Both the position numbers and the translations under genes were made by a program. A stretch of DNA of 20,000 bases from an uncultured virus (IMG/VR IMGVR_UViG_3300022927_000014) (Duplodnaviria; Heunggongvirae; Uroviricota; Caudoviricetes): IMG/VR virus record IMGVR_UViG_3300022927_000014, one strand, 5' to 3'. A model generated the notes under the pieces. It was not told the DNA's origin and did not search any database. It was given only the letters and a program-made list of their open reading frames with translations. Positions 9,126 through 16,324 of the stretch are shown here, one piece after another (within the stretch, counting starts at the first letter, position 1; every line of letters starts with the position of its first letter).

Positions 9126-9167
9126 AAGCCCTGCTTCCCAGAAATGGAAGGCAGGGCTTTTTTTTTT
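9126..9167 (+). terminator. Rho-independent terminator after the sigma-like gene
   Basis: AAGCCCTGCTTCC-cagaaat-GGAAGGCAGGGCTT (one bulge) followed by a T-tract, between convergent genes. Confidence 0.85.
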
Positions 9168-10791
9168 ACAAGAATTTTTTGAGGTTCTTAATCTCTGACT
9201 TTAAATTTTGTAGAGCACTTGAAGCAATATGCATCTTTTCAGAGGCAGCTTTACCTGCCTTTTGTTTCTGGTTTACAGACTTAACATACTTCTGAACCTG
9301 TGCCTTGATTTCAGCAACAGCTTTTTCCATTTCAGCCCTGTAGCCATCTGCATCAAAGTTCCCATCTTCATCAATAAACTGAGAAACAGCTAGTAGCTCA
9401 TCTTTACCTATGTTCCCATAAAATTGAGCAAGGGCATCTTCAAAGTTGACTTTAGCAGCAACTCTCATTGCATTGTCTACTGCATTACCTACTAAGAATG
9501 CACTACCACCAACAACTTTGCCTATACCTGAAATGCCTGCGTTGAAAGTGCCCCAAAGCAGACCCTCTGACACTTCTTTAGCTCCAATGGCAAGCTCTTT
9601 TGTAGCTTCAGCTATAGCTGACATAGCACTTTGCCTACCTTTTGTGATTTCTTCACTAATCTTAGTCTGGCTTTCTTTATTGACACTATTTCCAAAAACT
9701 GCGGAGATTGCTTTCTTAACAGAGTTTGAGATTTTCTTGGTGTCAACTTGAGCAGCTTGACTAAAACCCTCAGAGAACGAATCTCGAGGGTCTCTAGTGC
9801 CATCTAGCATAGCTTTACCAATAGCTTTCGGTGCTTTACCAAAGGCTGCTTGGATAGGAGTAGCGAGAGCTGGCCCCCATGTAGGTAAATGTTCAGAGCT
9901 TTTAACAACTTGATCAGTCCACCTTGTTTTGTTGTGTTTTTTCATAAACGCAACAGCTTTACTATTCAGAGGATGGTCTTTCTTTGATGCATAAGACCTA
10001 ACAGTAGAAAGAGCTAAGTCTTTACCTTCAAATTGAACTCTTTCAACTTTTTTTGGCTTAGATTCAGGCTTGCTTTTCGGTTTCTTTTTGTCTTTGCCAA
10101 AAATTGCAACTCTTTCATTATGTGCTTTTTTAATTCCGAAGAAGCCACCTATGTCTCTTTTAAAACGATTCCATTTATTACCAGCTATATTTGCAAGGCT
10201 GTCATTCTCTTCAACGACTTTACATAGCCTATCAAATTCTGGCTCAAGCTCTCTAAATATGGGAAGCTCTAGTCTTCCTAAATTGTTTTTTTCTCGATAT
10301 ATGCCTTGTTTTATCTTATCAAGAGCATCAAAAGAAGAAGCTGTCTCTGCTTCTTCAGTCCAGCCTTTGATTAAATCCCTTACTCTCTTTAGCTTTTTAG
10401 TACGCTCTTTGACAATATCATCTATGGTAGTCTTAATCTTATACAAGTCCTTTGCTTTATTTTGAACTCGACTATAATAGTGGTGGTGTAAAGAATTGTT
10501 TATAGCCTTAAGATCTATCTTCTTCATGGTATAAAATATGTTCTTCATATCTTTAGTTGATAGGTCTTCTGGACTATAAGTGCTAGAAAACATACCTTTA
10601 CCATAAGACAAAACTTTGTAGTTAAGTTCTGACCATATCTTCTCAACTTTATGACCATCCTCTATTAGCTTCTTGAGACTAGGCCACTTCTTATCAAAGT
10701 CAGCCCTATGTCTCTCTAAAGCTTCACCACTAGGCTGGTAAGGTAGTCTTTTCAAGTATTCATCAAATTCTATCTCTTTGTTAATATTCAT
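9166..10791 (-). CDS. hypothetical helical/coiled-coil protein (541 aa), possible internal head protein
   Basis: Long Lys/Ala-rich ORF with a Gly-rich hydrophobic segment (GLLWGTFNAGISGIGKVVGGSAFLVG). Starts 3 nt after the upstream gene's stop. Confidence 0.7.
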   Translation of the reverse strand: MNINKEIEFDEYLKRLPYQPSGEALERHRADFDKKWPSLKKLIEDGHKVEKIWSELNYKVLSYGKGMFSSTYSPEDLSTKDMKNIFYTMKKIDLKAINNSLHHHYYSRVQNKAKDLYKIKTTIDDIVKERTKKLKRVRDLIKGWTEEAETASSFDALDKIKQGIYREKNNLGRLELPIFRELEPEFDRLCKVVEENDSLANIAGNKWNRFKRDIGGFFGIKKAHNERVAIFGKDKKKPKSKPESKPKKVERVQFEGKDLALSTVRSYASKKDHPLNSKAVAFMKKHNKTRWTDQVVKSSEHLPTWGPALATPIQAAFGKAPKAIGKAMLDGTRDPRDSFSEGFSQAAQVDTKKISNSVKKAISAVFGNSVNKESQTKISEEITKGRQSAMSAIAEATKELAIGAKEVSEGLLWGTFNAGISGIGKVVGGSAFLVGNAVDNAMRVAAKVNFEDALAQFYGNIGKDELLAVSQFIDEDGNFDADGYRAEMEKAVAEIKAQVQKYVKSVNQKQKAGKAASEKMHIASSALQNLKSEIKNLKKFL

Positions 10792-10794
10792 ATC

Positions 10795-11301
10795 TTAGCC
10801 TCTAATTCTACGCTCATGTAGAAATATAACATCTCCACTGCTGGGGTTTTTTCTAGCTAGAGACTTCCAGACTCTAATAGCTTTATCTGAAGTAGTTCTA
10901 GTATGACAATAGTTAGGAATAAAGAAGATAGGGATTCCAACATCCTCTCTTACTTTATTTGCAATGGTTTTATACATCAATATGCCACATTTTTTATTTC
11001 GATGCTCTTCATCTAGGTTAGATTCTGTTATCTCAAAAACAGGAATACCATTTTCCCATGTGCTTGCAGGGAAAGAATCGCTCCACAGTTCCCATAAGAT
11101 TTCCATGTCCTCTTTGCATACAAAGTTATCGAAATCAGATACCTCTATATAGTGGAGAGCACCCTCGATAGAGCCTACTATTTCATCATTATGGATCAAA
11201 TCAAAACCATGTGTTGCGTCATATCTTGTCCAATCTGTTTCTTCAATAGTGTACCTGTTTTTCTTAGCGTACCTGAGAGCTACTTTCTTTGCTAATCTCA
11301 T
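10795..11301 (-). CDS. GNAT-fold acetyltransferase-like protein (paralog of 13004-13507)
   Basis: FEITESNLDEEHRNKKCGILMY is a degenerate motif A. TSDKAIRVWKSL is motif B-like. Clearly similar to the 13004-13507 protein. Confidence 0.55.
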   Translation of the reverse strand: MRLAKKVALRYAKKNRYTIEETDWTRYDATHGFDLIHNDEIVGSIEGALHYIEVSDFDNFVCKEDMEILWELWSDSFPASTWENGIPVFEITESNLDEEHRNKKCGILMYKTIANKVREDVGIPIFFIPNYCHTRTTSDKAIRVWKSLARKNPSSGDVIFLHERRIRG

Positions 11302-11669
11302 CGTTTACCCCCATCGTATGATACAGCATGGCCTACACGAATCATTTCATCATTTAAAGACTCACCTAGTTCTTCCATACCATCTTCGTAAATCCATATA
11401 ACACCTAACCAGCGACCAAATTTGCCTTTCTTAACAGTGTTAATGACAATGGTCTTACCCTCGATACGAGATTTCAGGTAGTCCTTAGCAGCATACCCTC
11501 TCTCTTTTTCTTCAAGGTCTTTAGTTCTTATTTCAGGTGTGTTGATGCCAATCATGCGAACTTTGACTCTAGCAAAGTGCTTCATGCCTTGGTCAATCAT
11601 GACTGTGATGGTATCTCCGTCATAGACCGAAAGTACCTCTGCTTTGTAATGATATAAGTTGAGAGCCAT
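11298..11669 (-). CDS. thermonuclease (staphylococcal nuclease-like) family protein
   Basis: VYDGDTI, VRMIGINTPE, GKFGRWLG and LNDEMIRVGHA carry the SNase catalytic motifs. No signal peptide. SD AGGAG. Confidence 0.92.
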   Translation of the reverse strand: MALNLYHYKAEVLSVYDGDTITVMIDQGMKHFARVKVRMIGINTPEIRTKDLEEKERGYAAKDYLKSRIEGKTIVINTVKKGKFGRWLGVIWIYEDGMEELGESLNDEMIRVGHAVSYDGGKR

Positions 11670-11671
11670 TC

Positions 11672-11705
11672 TATATCTCCTAAATGTTTTTCAATTGGAG
11701 ATATA
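11672..11705 (-). promoter_or_regulatory. RBS-sequestering hairpin on the thermonuclease leader
   Basis: mRNA UAUAUCUCC-N16-GGAGAUAUA-GA-AUG forms a perfect 9-bp stem that pairs the SD. Confidence 0.7.
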
Positions 11706-11714
11706 AATAGACTA
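11703..11714 (-). promoter_or_regulatory. TA-N5-TTTAT candidate phage promoter (TAGTCTATTTAT)
   Basis: 33 nt before ATG 11669; overlaps the RBS-sequestering hairpin. Confidence 0.6.
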
Positions 11715-11717
11715 TGA

Positions 11718-12110
11718 CTAATCTTCTTTTTTGGGTTCTTCTGGCTTAGGTGTTTCTTCTAATGTAAGAGTGCTTTTAATCTTTTGCTTGAAGGCTTTAA
11801 CAATATATGCATTTAAAACACCTGCACAAGCACCCATCCATATATCTACCATTTGGAGTGGGTCAGATAGAGTGTATGCCACAAAAGCACCTGTTAAAAC
11901 TGCAAAGGACCTTATAAAAGAGTCTGCCATACCATTGCAAAACTTCCACAAAAAAGGCTTCACAATTTGAGTGACTGCAAAGCTGATGATAGCTGCAATG
12001 AGAACAAGATAAAGATGACCCATATGAGGTTCTAAGGAGTTAGGTTCATTTGGGTTTACTTCTTTTGCTGTATGTATCTGGTGACCAGGTACAAAATGTT
12101 TATTGCTCAT
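11718..12110 (-). CDS. small membrane protein, holin-like
   Basis: Two to three hydrophobic helices (LYLVLIAAIISFAVTQIVK; FAVLTGAFVAYTL; IWMGACAGVLNAYIV) and a highly charged C-tail. Confidence 0.5.
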   Translation of the reverse strand: MSNKHFVPGHQIHTAKEVNPNEPNSLEPHMGHLYLVLIAAIISFAVTQIVKPFLWKFCNGMADSFIRSFAVLTGAFVAYTLSDPLQMVDIWMGACAGVLNAYIVKAFKQKIKSTLTLEETPKPEEPKKED

Positions 12111-12991
12111 ACAAGACCCCCATCTAAATGTACTTTTGGTTTACCATATTCATCTACAAGATTCTTTGTGTAGAGAGCATATAATTGAAAAGCAAATGCA
12201 GGGACTAAGATAGCATTCCAACCTATACTTAATGACTTAAGAATCCAGCCAGATGGAACAGAAGGGAATAGAATGCCGAAGACAAGACCTAAACCAGACT
12301 CTGGTAAGCTATCTATCAAATCTACCCAATCAATCATCCCTAAAAGCCCTGTCAATATGTCAGTTATCTTCCAACTTATCTCTGAAACATTGATCCAGAT
12401 AAACCAGAAAATATATGCTTTAGCAGGCCAAGTAATTAGCTTTAACAAAGGATGTTTTTTTGCAAAGTTATCAAGCCACTCCCCTATATTACGAGACTTA
12501 CCTGTAATAGGTTTAACAAAAGAAGCCACCCACTTCCCAAGCTTTCCTGTATATCCACCATACTTGTTGATAATAGACTGAACTATCGAGGTGAACGTAG
12601 GGGCATCAGATGCATATAAGAACAAGAAGTGTATTAGCTTACTCTTTTTCTTTAGCTTATTAGCTGTAGCTCTCCACCAATCTTTGCCCCTATCAAGCAA
12701 AACTTGAAACTTTTTGGAGAGTTGCCAATACATATCAATACCAGCAGTGATTCCCAACTTGTCTTTGAAAATCTGCCACAGGTTAGGGGCTTTTTGAAAG
12801 CCTTGATAGATCTCTTTAAGTTTCTTAACAAGAAGACCTTTTTTGGTGTGACTGCCAAATCTTAAAATACCCTCTCCAAAGACGCTCAAAGACCTAACAT
12901 CTAACTCTCTTGTCACAAGGCTTGATGTTTTACAATATGAAGAAGACTTGATAGCCAGATAAGAGGCAGCTAGAGCTATTTCTTTACTCAT
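12107..12991 (-). CDS. hypothetical membrane-associated protein (294 aa)
   Basis: Basic, Trp-rich N-half and hydrophobic C-terminal segments. ATGA overlap with the next gene. Confidence 0.7.
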   Translation of the reverse strand: MSKEIALAASYLAIKSSSYCKTSSLVTRELDVRSLSVFGEGILRFGSHTKKGLLVKKLKEIYQGFQKAPNLWQIFKDKLGITAGIDMYWQLSKKFQVLLDRGKDWWRATANKLKKKSKLIHFLFLYASDAPTFTSIVQSIINKYGGYTGKLGKWVASFVKPITGKSRNIGEWLDNFAKKHPLLKLITWPAKAYIFWFIWINVSEISWKITDILTGLLGMIDWVDLIDSLPESGLGLVFGILFPSVPSGWILKSLSIGWNAILVPAFAFQLYALYTKNLVDEYGKPKVHLDGGLV

Positions 12992-13003
12992 TACAGATAA
13001 TCC

Positions 13004-13507
13004 TTAAGGTCTTTTTAAGATAGCAATACAGTCACCAGAGGAAGGGTGGTTTTTAGCGAGGGAACTCCACACTCTTTTAGCATCTACACTAGTGCTCCCA
13101 CCCTCATCATTACATTCCTGTGGAATGAAGATAAAAGGATTACTACCATTTCTATCCCATTGGAGTTTTGCATACATGAGATACATCTTAGTGCCATACC
13201 CTTGACCCTTAAGCTCTTGCTCTATCCTACTTCTATCGACTTCAACAATACGAATTCCTTTAGAGCTTTTCATTTGAGGGTACTTGTTTACAAGAACCAT
13301 TATGTCGTCATAGCAAGCAAACCTTGTGATGTCAGGGTATATGTTATGATACCCTTCAACAATCCCTAAACGATTGCCATCACCAGACATGAGACTAACA
13401 GAAGCCAACTCTCCAAATGGAGGGTCTTTTTGATACTGCTTCATAAATGTTAGTTTTTGTTTAGCCATGTGCTTCATTGCAATTCTCTTTATAAGTTGTT
13501 TTTTCAT
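13004..13507 (-). CDS. GNAT-family acetyltransferase-like protein
   Basis: VEVDRSRIEQELKGQGYGTKMY matches acetyl-CoA motif A (xxGxG), followed by TSVDAKRVWSSL. Start reassigned from TTG 13543 to ATG 13507 (SD AGGGGG). Confidence 0.7.
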   Translation of the reverse strand: MKKQLIKRIAMKHMAKQKLTFMKQYQKDPPFGELASVSLMSGDGNRLGIVEGYHNIYPDITRFACYDDIMVLVNKYPQMKSSKGIRIVEVDRSRIEQELKGQGYGTKMYLMYAKLQWDRNGSNPFIFIPQECNDEGGSTSVDAKRVWSSLAKNHPSSGDCIAILKRP

Positions 13508-13535
13508 ACAGCCCCCTATATGAAAAGGGTCTTCG

Positions 13536-13547
13536 ATAAACAAAATA
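13536..13547 (-). promoter_or_regulatory. TA-N5-TTTAT candidate phage promoter (TATTTTGTTTAT)
   Basis: 28 nt before ATG 13507; overlaps the U-tract end of the upstream terminator. Confidence 0.55.
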
Positions 13548-13584
13548 AAAAAAGCCCTGCTCTCATTAAGAGAAACAGGGCTTT
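13542..13584 (-). terminator. Rho-independent terminator after the Hc1-like gene
   Basis: Minus strand reads AAAGCCCTGTTTCTC-TTAAT-GAGAGCAGGGCTTTTTTTATTTT. Confidence 0.85.
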
Positions 13585-13653
13585 AAGAGACAGCTACTTC
13601 TACCCAATAGCAGAAGCACATCAGAAGCTCCTCAGAGTAAATGCATTCCCACA

Positions 13654-13842
13654 TTACTCTTCGTTCTTGCGAGCCTCCAGAACATCTTTTCGTACTTCCT
13701 TACAAGAAGCAATGACCTCTTGCATAGCCTTACGAACTCTTGTTCCAGCAGACTTGTTTCCATTGTCTGTCTTTTGTGCATCCTCATTAAGGGCTGCTAG
13801 GGTACTTTGTAGTTGTGCAATCTTTGTTGTAATGTCACTCAT
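13654..13842 (-). CDS. histone H1-like protein, Hc1 family (nucleoid-associated)
   Basis: GNKSAGTRVRKAMQEV..KEVRKDV matches the Hc1 core (GNKAAxxRxR..K..RK). Strong SD AGGAGG, a TATAAT upstream and its own terminator. Confidence 0.85.
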   Translation of the reverse strand: MSDITTKIAQLQSTLAALNEDAQKTDNGNKSAGTRVRKAMQEVIASCKEVRKDVLEARKNEE

Positions 13843-13891
13843 TGTGAACCTCCTAATTTATGGTTTATATTTGATTATACCGATTGTGTAC

Positions 13892-14245
13892 TCAATCTTT
13901 ATAGAAAAAGATCTCATGTCCCTCTAAAAATTTGAACGTTTCTTTTTTAGTCTTGGAACTGTATTCTTTTACCAACAAAGGATTAATTTGTGACACCCAA
14001 AGTAGCAAGTCAGGTTTATGAGGTAGCTTAGTCCAACCGATATAGATTAAACCATCTTCATCAAGCCAAACTCTCTCATGCCCTAAAGCTTTTCGATTAG
14101 TAAAAAGTATAACCAAGCCATTCTTCTCTACCCAAGCTTTAGACTTCTCTAAAGTTTCGGGGTCTTTATCATAGAACCCTCGTATATAAGAAGAGGGTAG
14201 TATGCAAGAAGGCTTGACTCTACGCTTATACTTTATTGGCTTCAT
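13892..14245 (-). CDS. hypothetical protein (117 aa)
   Basis: TAATG coupling to the upstream gene, and it fills the coding gap. Confidence 0.6.
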   Translation of the reverse strand: MKPIKYKRRVKPSCILPSSYIRGFYDKDPETLEKSKAWVEKNGLVILFTNRKALGHERVWLDEDGLIYIGWTKLPHKPDLLLWVSQINPLLVKEYSSKTKKETFKFLEGHEIFFYKD

Positions 14246-15213
14246 TAATCTTTTTGAAAGGTTCTAGGGTTTACCTTAGAAAGTTCCTTCAAATCACCCA
14301 TAGCATCCTCTACAAATACATTCTTATCTGGGATAAAGTCATCAAGGTCTTGGTTATCAACAAACATGTCTGTTGTTCCAGAGAGTACTTTCTTAAACCT
14401 AGCCCAAGCTTTCCCTCTCTTAAGGAATGCTTCTTTTGGATTGTAGTAGAAAAGTCCAATGACCCCAAGTGTCAAACCATATTTAAAGAGGAAGGTAGCT
14501 AAAGATGGGAAAACCATTCCTATCATGAAAGTCTTTACAGCAGCAGATATAAAAGGACCTAAGCCTTTTGACTCACTGCCCCAATATTTTTTTGCAATAA
14601 GAGCATCTTTAACAGGGTTAATAGTATTCAAAGCTGCATTAGCTACTTCAGAAATAGTTCTTGTACCGATATCTCTTCTTGCAACAGAAATAGCTCTAGC
14701 TTTTAACTCTGAAGAAGGCTGACCCTCATATCCCATTAAGTATTCTTCATAGAAAGGAGCTGTCTGGTAGAAAGAGCCAGAAACTTGAGTTGTGAGCTTT
14801 GCAAACTTTTTATTCTTAACTTTCCATGCAAGATAAGAAAGCAACTGTTCCTCATCTCTTTTAGGTTTTTCATTCTTCCTATCTAAAGCACCTCTTCTCC
14901 AAGAGTCATACATACCCTCAAGGAGTCTTTCAAAAGCAATCGCTCTAAAGAACTTAGTTAGGTGTGAAATGATAGGTGTGTATATGAATATAAACTTTGT
15001 AATCTTATGGAGAATGTTAGCAAAGAAAGTCCTAACACCGACAATCTTAGCCACACCTGAGTCTATAAGATTTGTTATAAAGTTTTTAGCTTCCTTTATA
15101 GTAGTTGCTTCTTTGAACTGATAGTTAGCAATCCTATAAAGGGTTCTTTTATCTTCCGAAGCAAACCTTAGATTTGCCTTGAAAACACTAGGGTCATCTA
15201 GAAAATTAATCAT
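14245..15213 (-). CDS. hypothetical membrane protein, tandem paralog A
   Basis: Colinear similarity with 15206-16270 (MINFL, LY.IANYQ, TP.ISHLT.FFR, PFYEEYLMGYEG, RDIGTRT.SEVA.AA). Two C-proximal hydrophobic helices. Confidence 0.75.
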   Translation of the reverse strand: MINFLDDPSVFKANLRFASEDKRTLYRIANYQFKEATTIKEAKNFITNLIDSGVAKIVGVRTFFANILHKITKFIFIYTPIISHLTKFFRAIAFERLLEGMYDSWRRGALDRKNEKPKRDEEQLLSYLAWKVKNKKFAKLTTQVSGSFYQTAPFYEEYLMGYEGQPSSELKARAISVARRDIGTRTISEVANAALNTINPVKDALIAKKYWGSESKGLGPFISAAVKTFMIGMVFPSLATFLFKYGLTLGVIGLFYYNPKEAFLKRGKAWARFKKVLSGTTDMFVDNQDLDDFIPDKNVFVEDAMGDLKELSKVNPRTFQKD

Positions 15214-16270
15214 TATCTAGTTCCTTTCTTATATCCTCTAGCTCTTCCTCAGATGGATTTACAAGCTGACCTAAAGAGTTCGAAACAAACACATCTTTCC
15301 TCAAGACTTTTTTGCCTAGAACTTCTTCAAAGTTGGACTCAAAGTATTTCTTATCTTTGAAAAGTTTAGAGAAATGTCTAACCACATAGCCTTTTTGGAA
15401 GAAAGCTTCTGAGCCACTGTAATAGAAAAACCCTAAAATACCAAGAGGGATCATTCCTTTTAAAAGAAGCATTCCATAGCCCATCTCAACCACAACAATC
15501 CAGAGTATTGATTGAGGGAGAATTCTCCTTATAACATCGTTTGTATAATTACTTTTAGTTATTTTAACTTGTTGTCCTGTTCCTCTTTGCAGCTTTTTGC
15601 CTGTATATGCCTCATTGTCTACCATATCTCGCATAAGCTGGAACATAGTATTAAAGATATTCAAAGAGTCAAAGGCAGCTTTAGCTACCTCAGAAACAGT
15701 TCTTGTACCAATATCTCTGTCTGTAACCATCTTAGCTCTAGCAGCAAGACTGTTCTCATCTTTACCCTCATAGCCCATTAAGTATTCTTCATAGAAAGGA
15801 TCTGCCATATAGAAAGTGCCTTGAGATTTAACATAGGCACTTCGGAAGTGCCTGCCATTGAACATCTTGCTCTTTTTTATTCGATTGCTTAGATAAACAC
15901 TCACAGCCTTTGCTGTTCTTTTTTTGTTGTTTATTTTGTCTTTAACACCCAACAGCCATGAATCATACATTGCACTTAAAAGTCTCTTATAAGCTACCTT
16001 TCTAAAGAAATTAGTAAGGTGCGAGATGACAGGTGTAGATAAAAAGAACTTTTTGGTCACAGCATGGATTGCATTGACTGTCTTCTGATAAAGGTTTTTA
16101 ACCCAGATCACACCTGAAGATATAGCATTAGTTAGCCAGTTAGAGACCTTAGGCATTGAGTTTGCTTGTCTTAACTGATAGTTTGCAATCTTATATAAAG
16201 AAGACCTGTCAACAGAAGCAAGCTTGACTTGAGCAGAGAATTGCTCTGGAGAAGCAAGGAAATTAATCAT
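15206..16270 (-). CDS. hypothetical membrane protein, tandem paralog B
   Basis: Shares the paralog A blocks and has the hydrophobic segment ILWIVVVEMGYGMLLLKGMIPLGILGFFYY. Confidence 0.75.
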   Translation of the reverse strand: MINFLASPEQFSAQVKLASVDRSSLYKIANYQLRQANSMPKVSNWLTNAISSGVIWVKNLYQKTVNAIHAVTKKFFLSTPVISHLTNFFRKVAYKRLLSAMYDSWLLGVKDKINNKKRTAKAVSVYLSNRIKKSKMFNGRHFRSAYVKSQGTFYMADPFYEEYLMGYEGKDENSLAARAKMVTDRDIGTRTVSEVAKAAFDSLNIFNTMFQLMRDMVDNEAYTGKKLQRGTGQQVKITKSNYTNDVIRRILPQSILWIVVVEMGYGMLLLKGMIPLGILGFFYYSGSEAFFQKGYVVRHFSKLFKDKKYFESNFEEVLGKKVLRKDVFVSNSLGQLVNPSEEELEDIRKELDND

Positions 16271-16312
16271 ATCTTTACCCTTTGAGTGTGTTATGTTGAT
16301 AACATAAGGCTT

Positions 16313-16324
16313 ATAAATGAATTA
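16313..16324 (-). promoter_or_regulatory. TA-N5-TTTAT candidate phage promoter (TAATTCATTTAT)
   Basis: 42 nt before ATG 16270. Confidence 0.55.

Noticed and set aside
13508..13543. ORF-track TTG start at 13543
   Set aside because: It lies within the terminator tail and promoter motif, while ATG 13507 has an SD.
13457..13927. 156-aa plus-strand ORF
   Set aside because: It runs antisense across the well-supported Hc1-like gene, its terminator and the GNAT start, with a TTG start and no recognisable domain.
14722..15800. DGR template/variable repeat or CRISPR-like repeat
   Set aside because: Both copies are in-frame in paralogous genes, with no adenine-specific mismatch pattern, no reverse transcriptase and no repeat-spacer periodicity.
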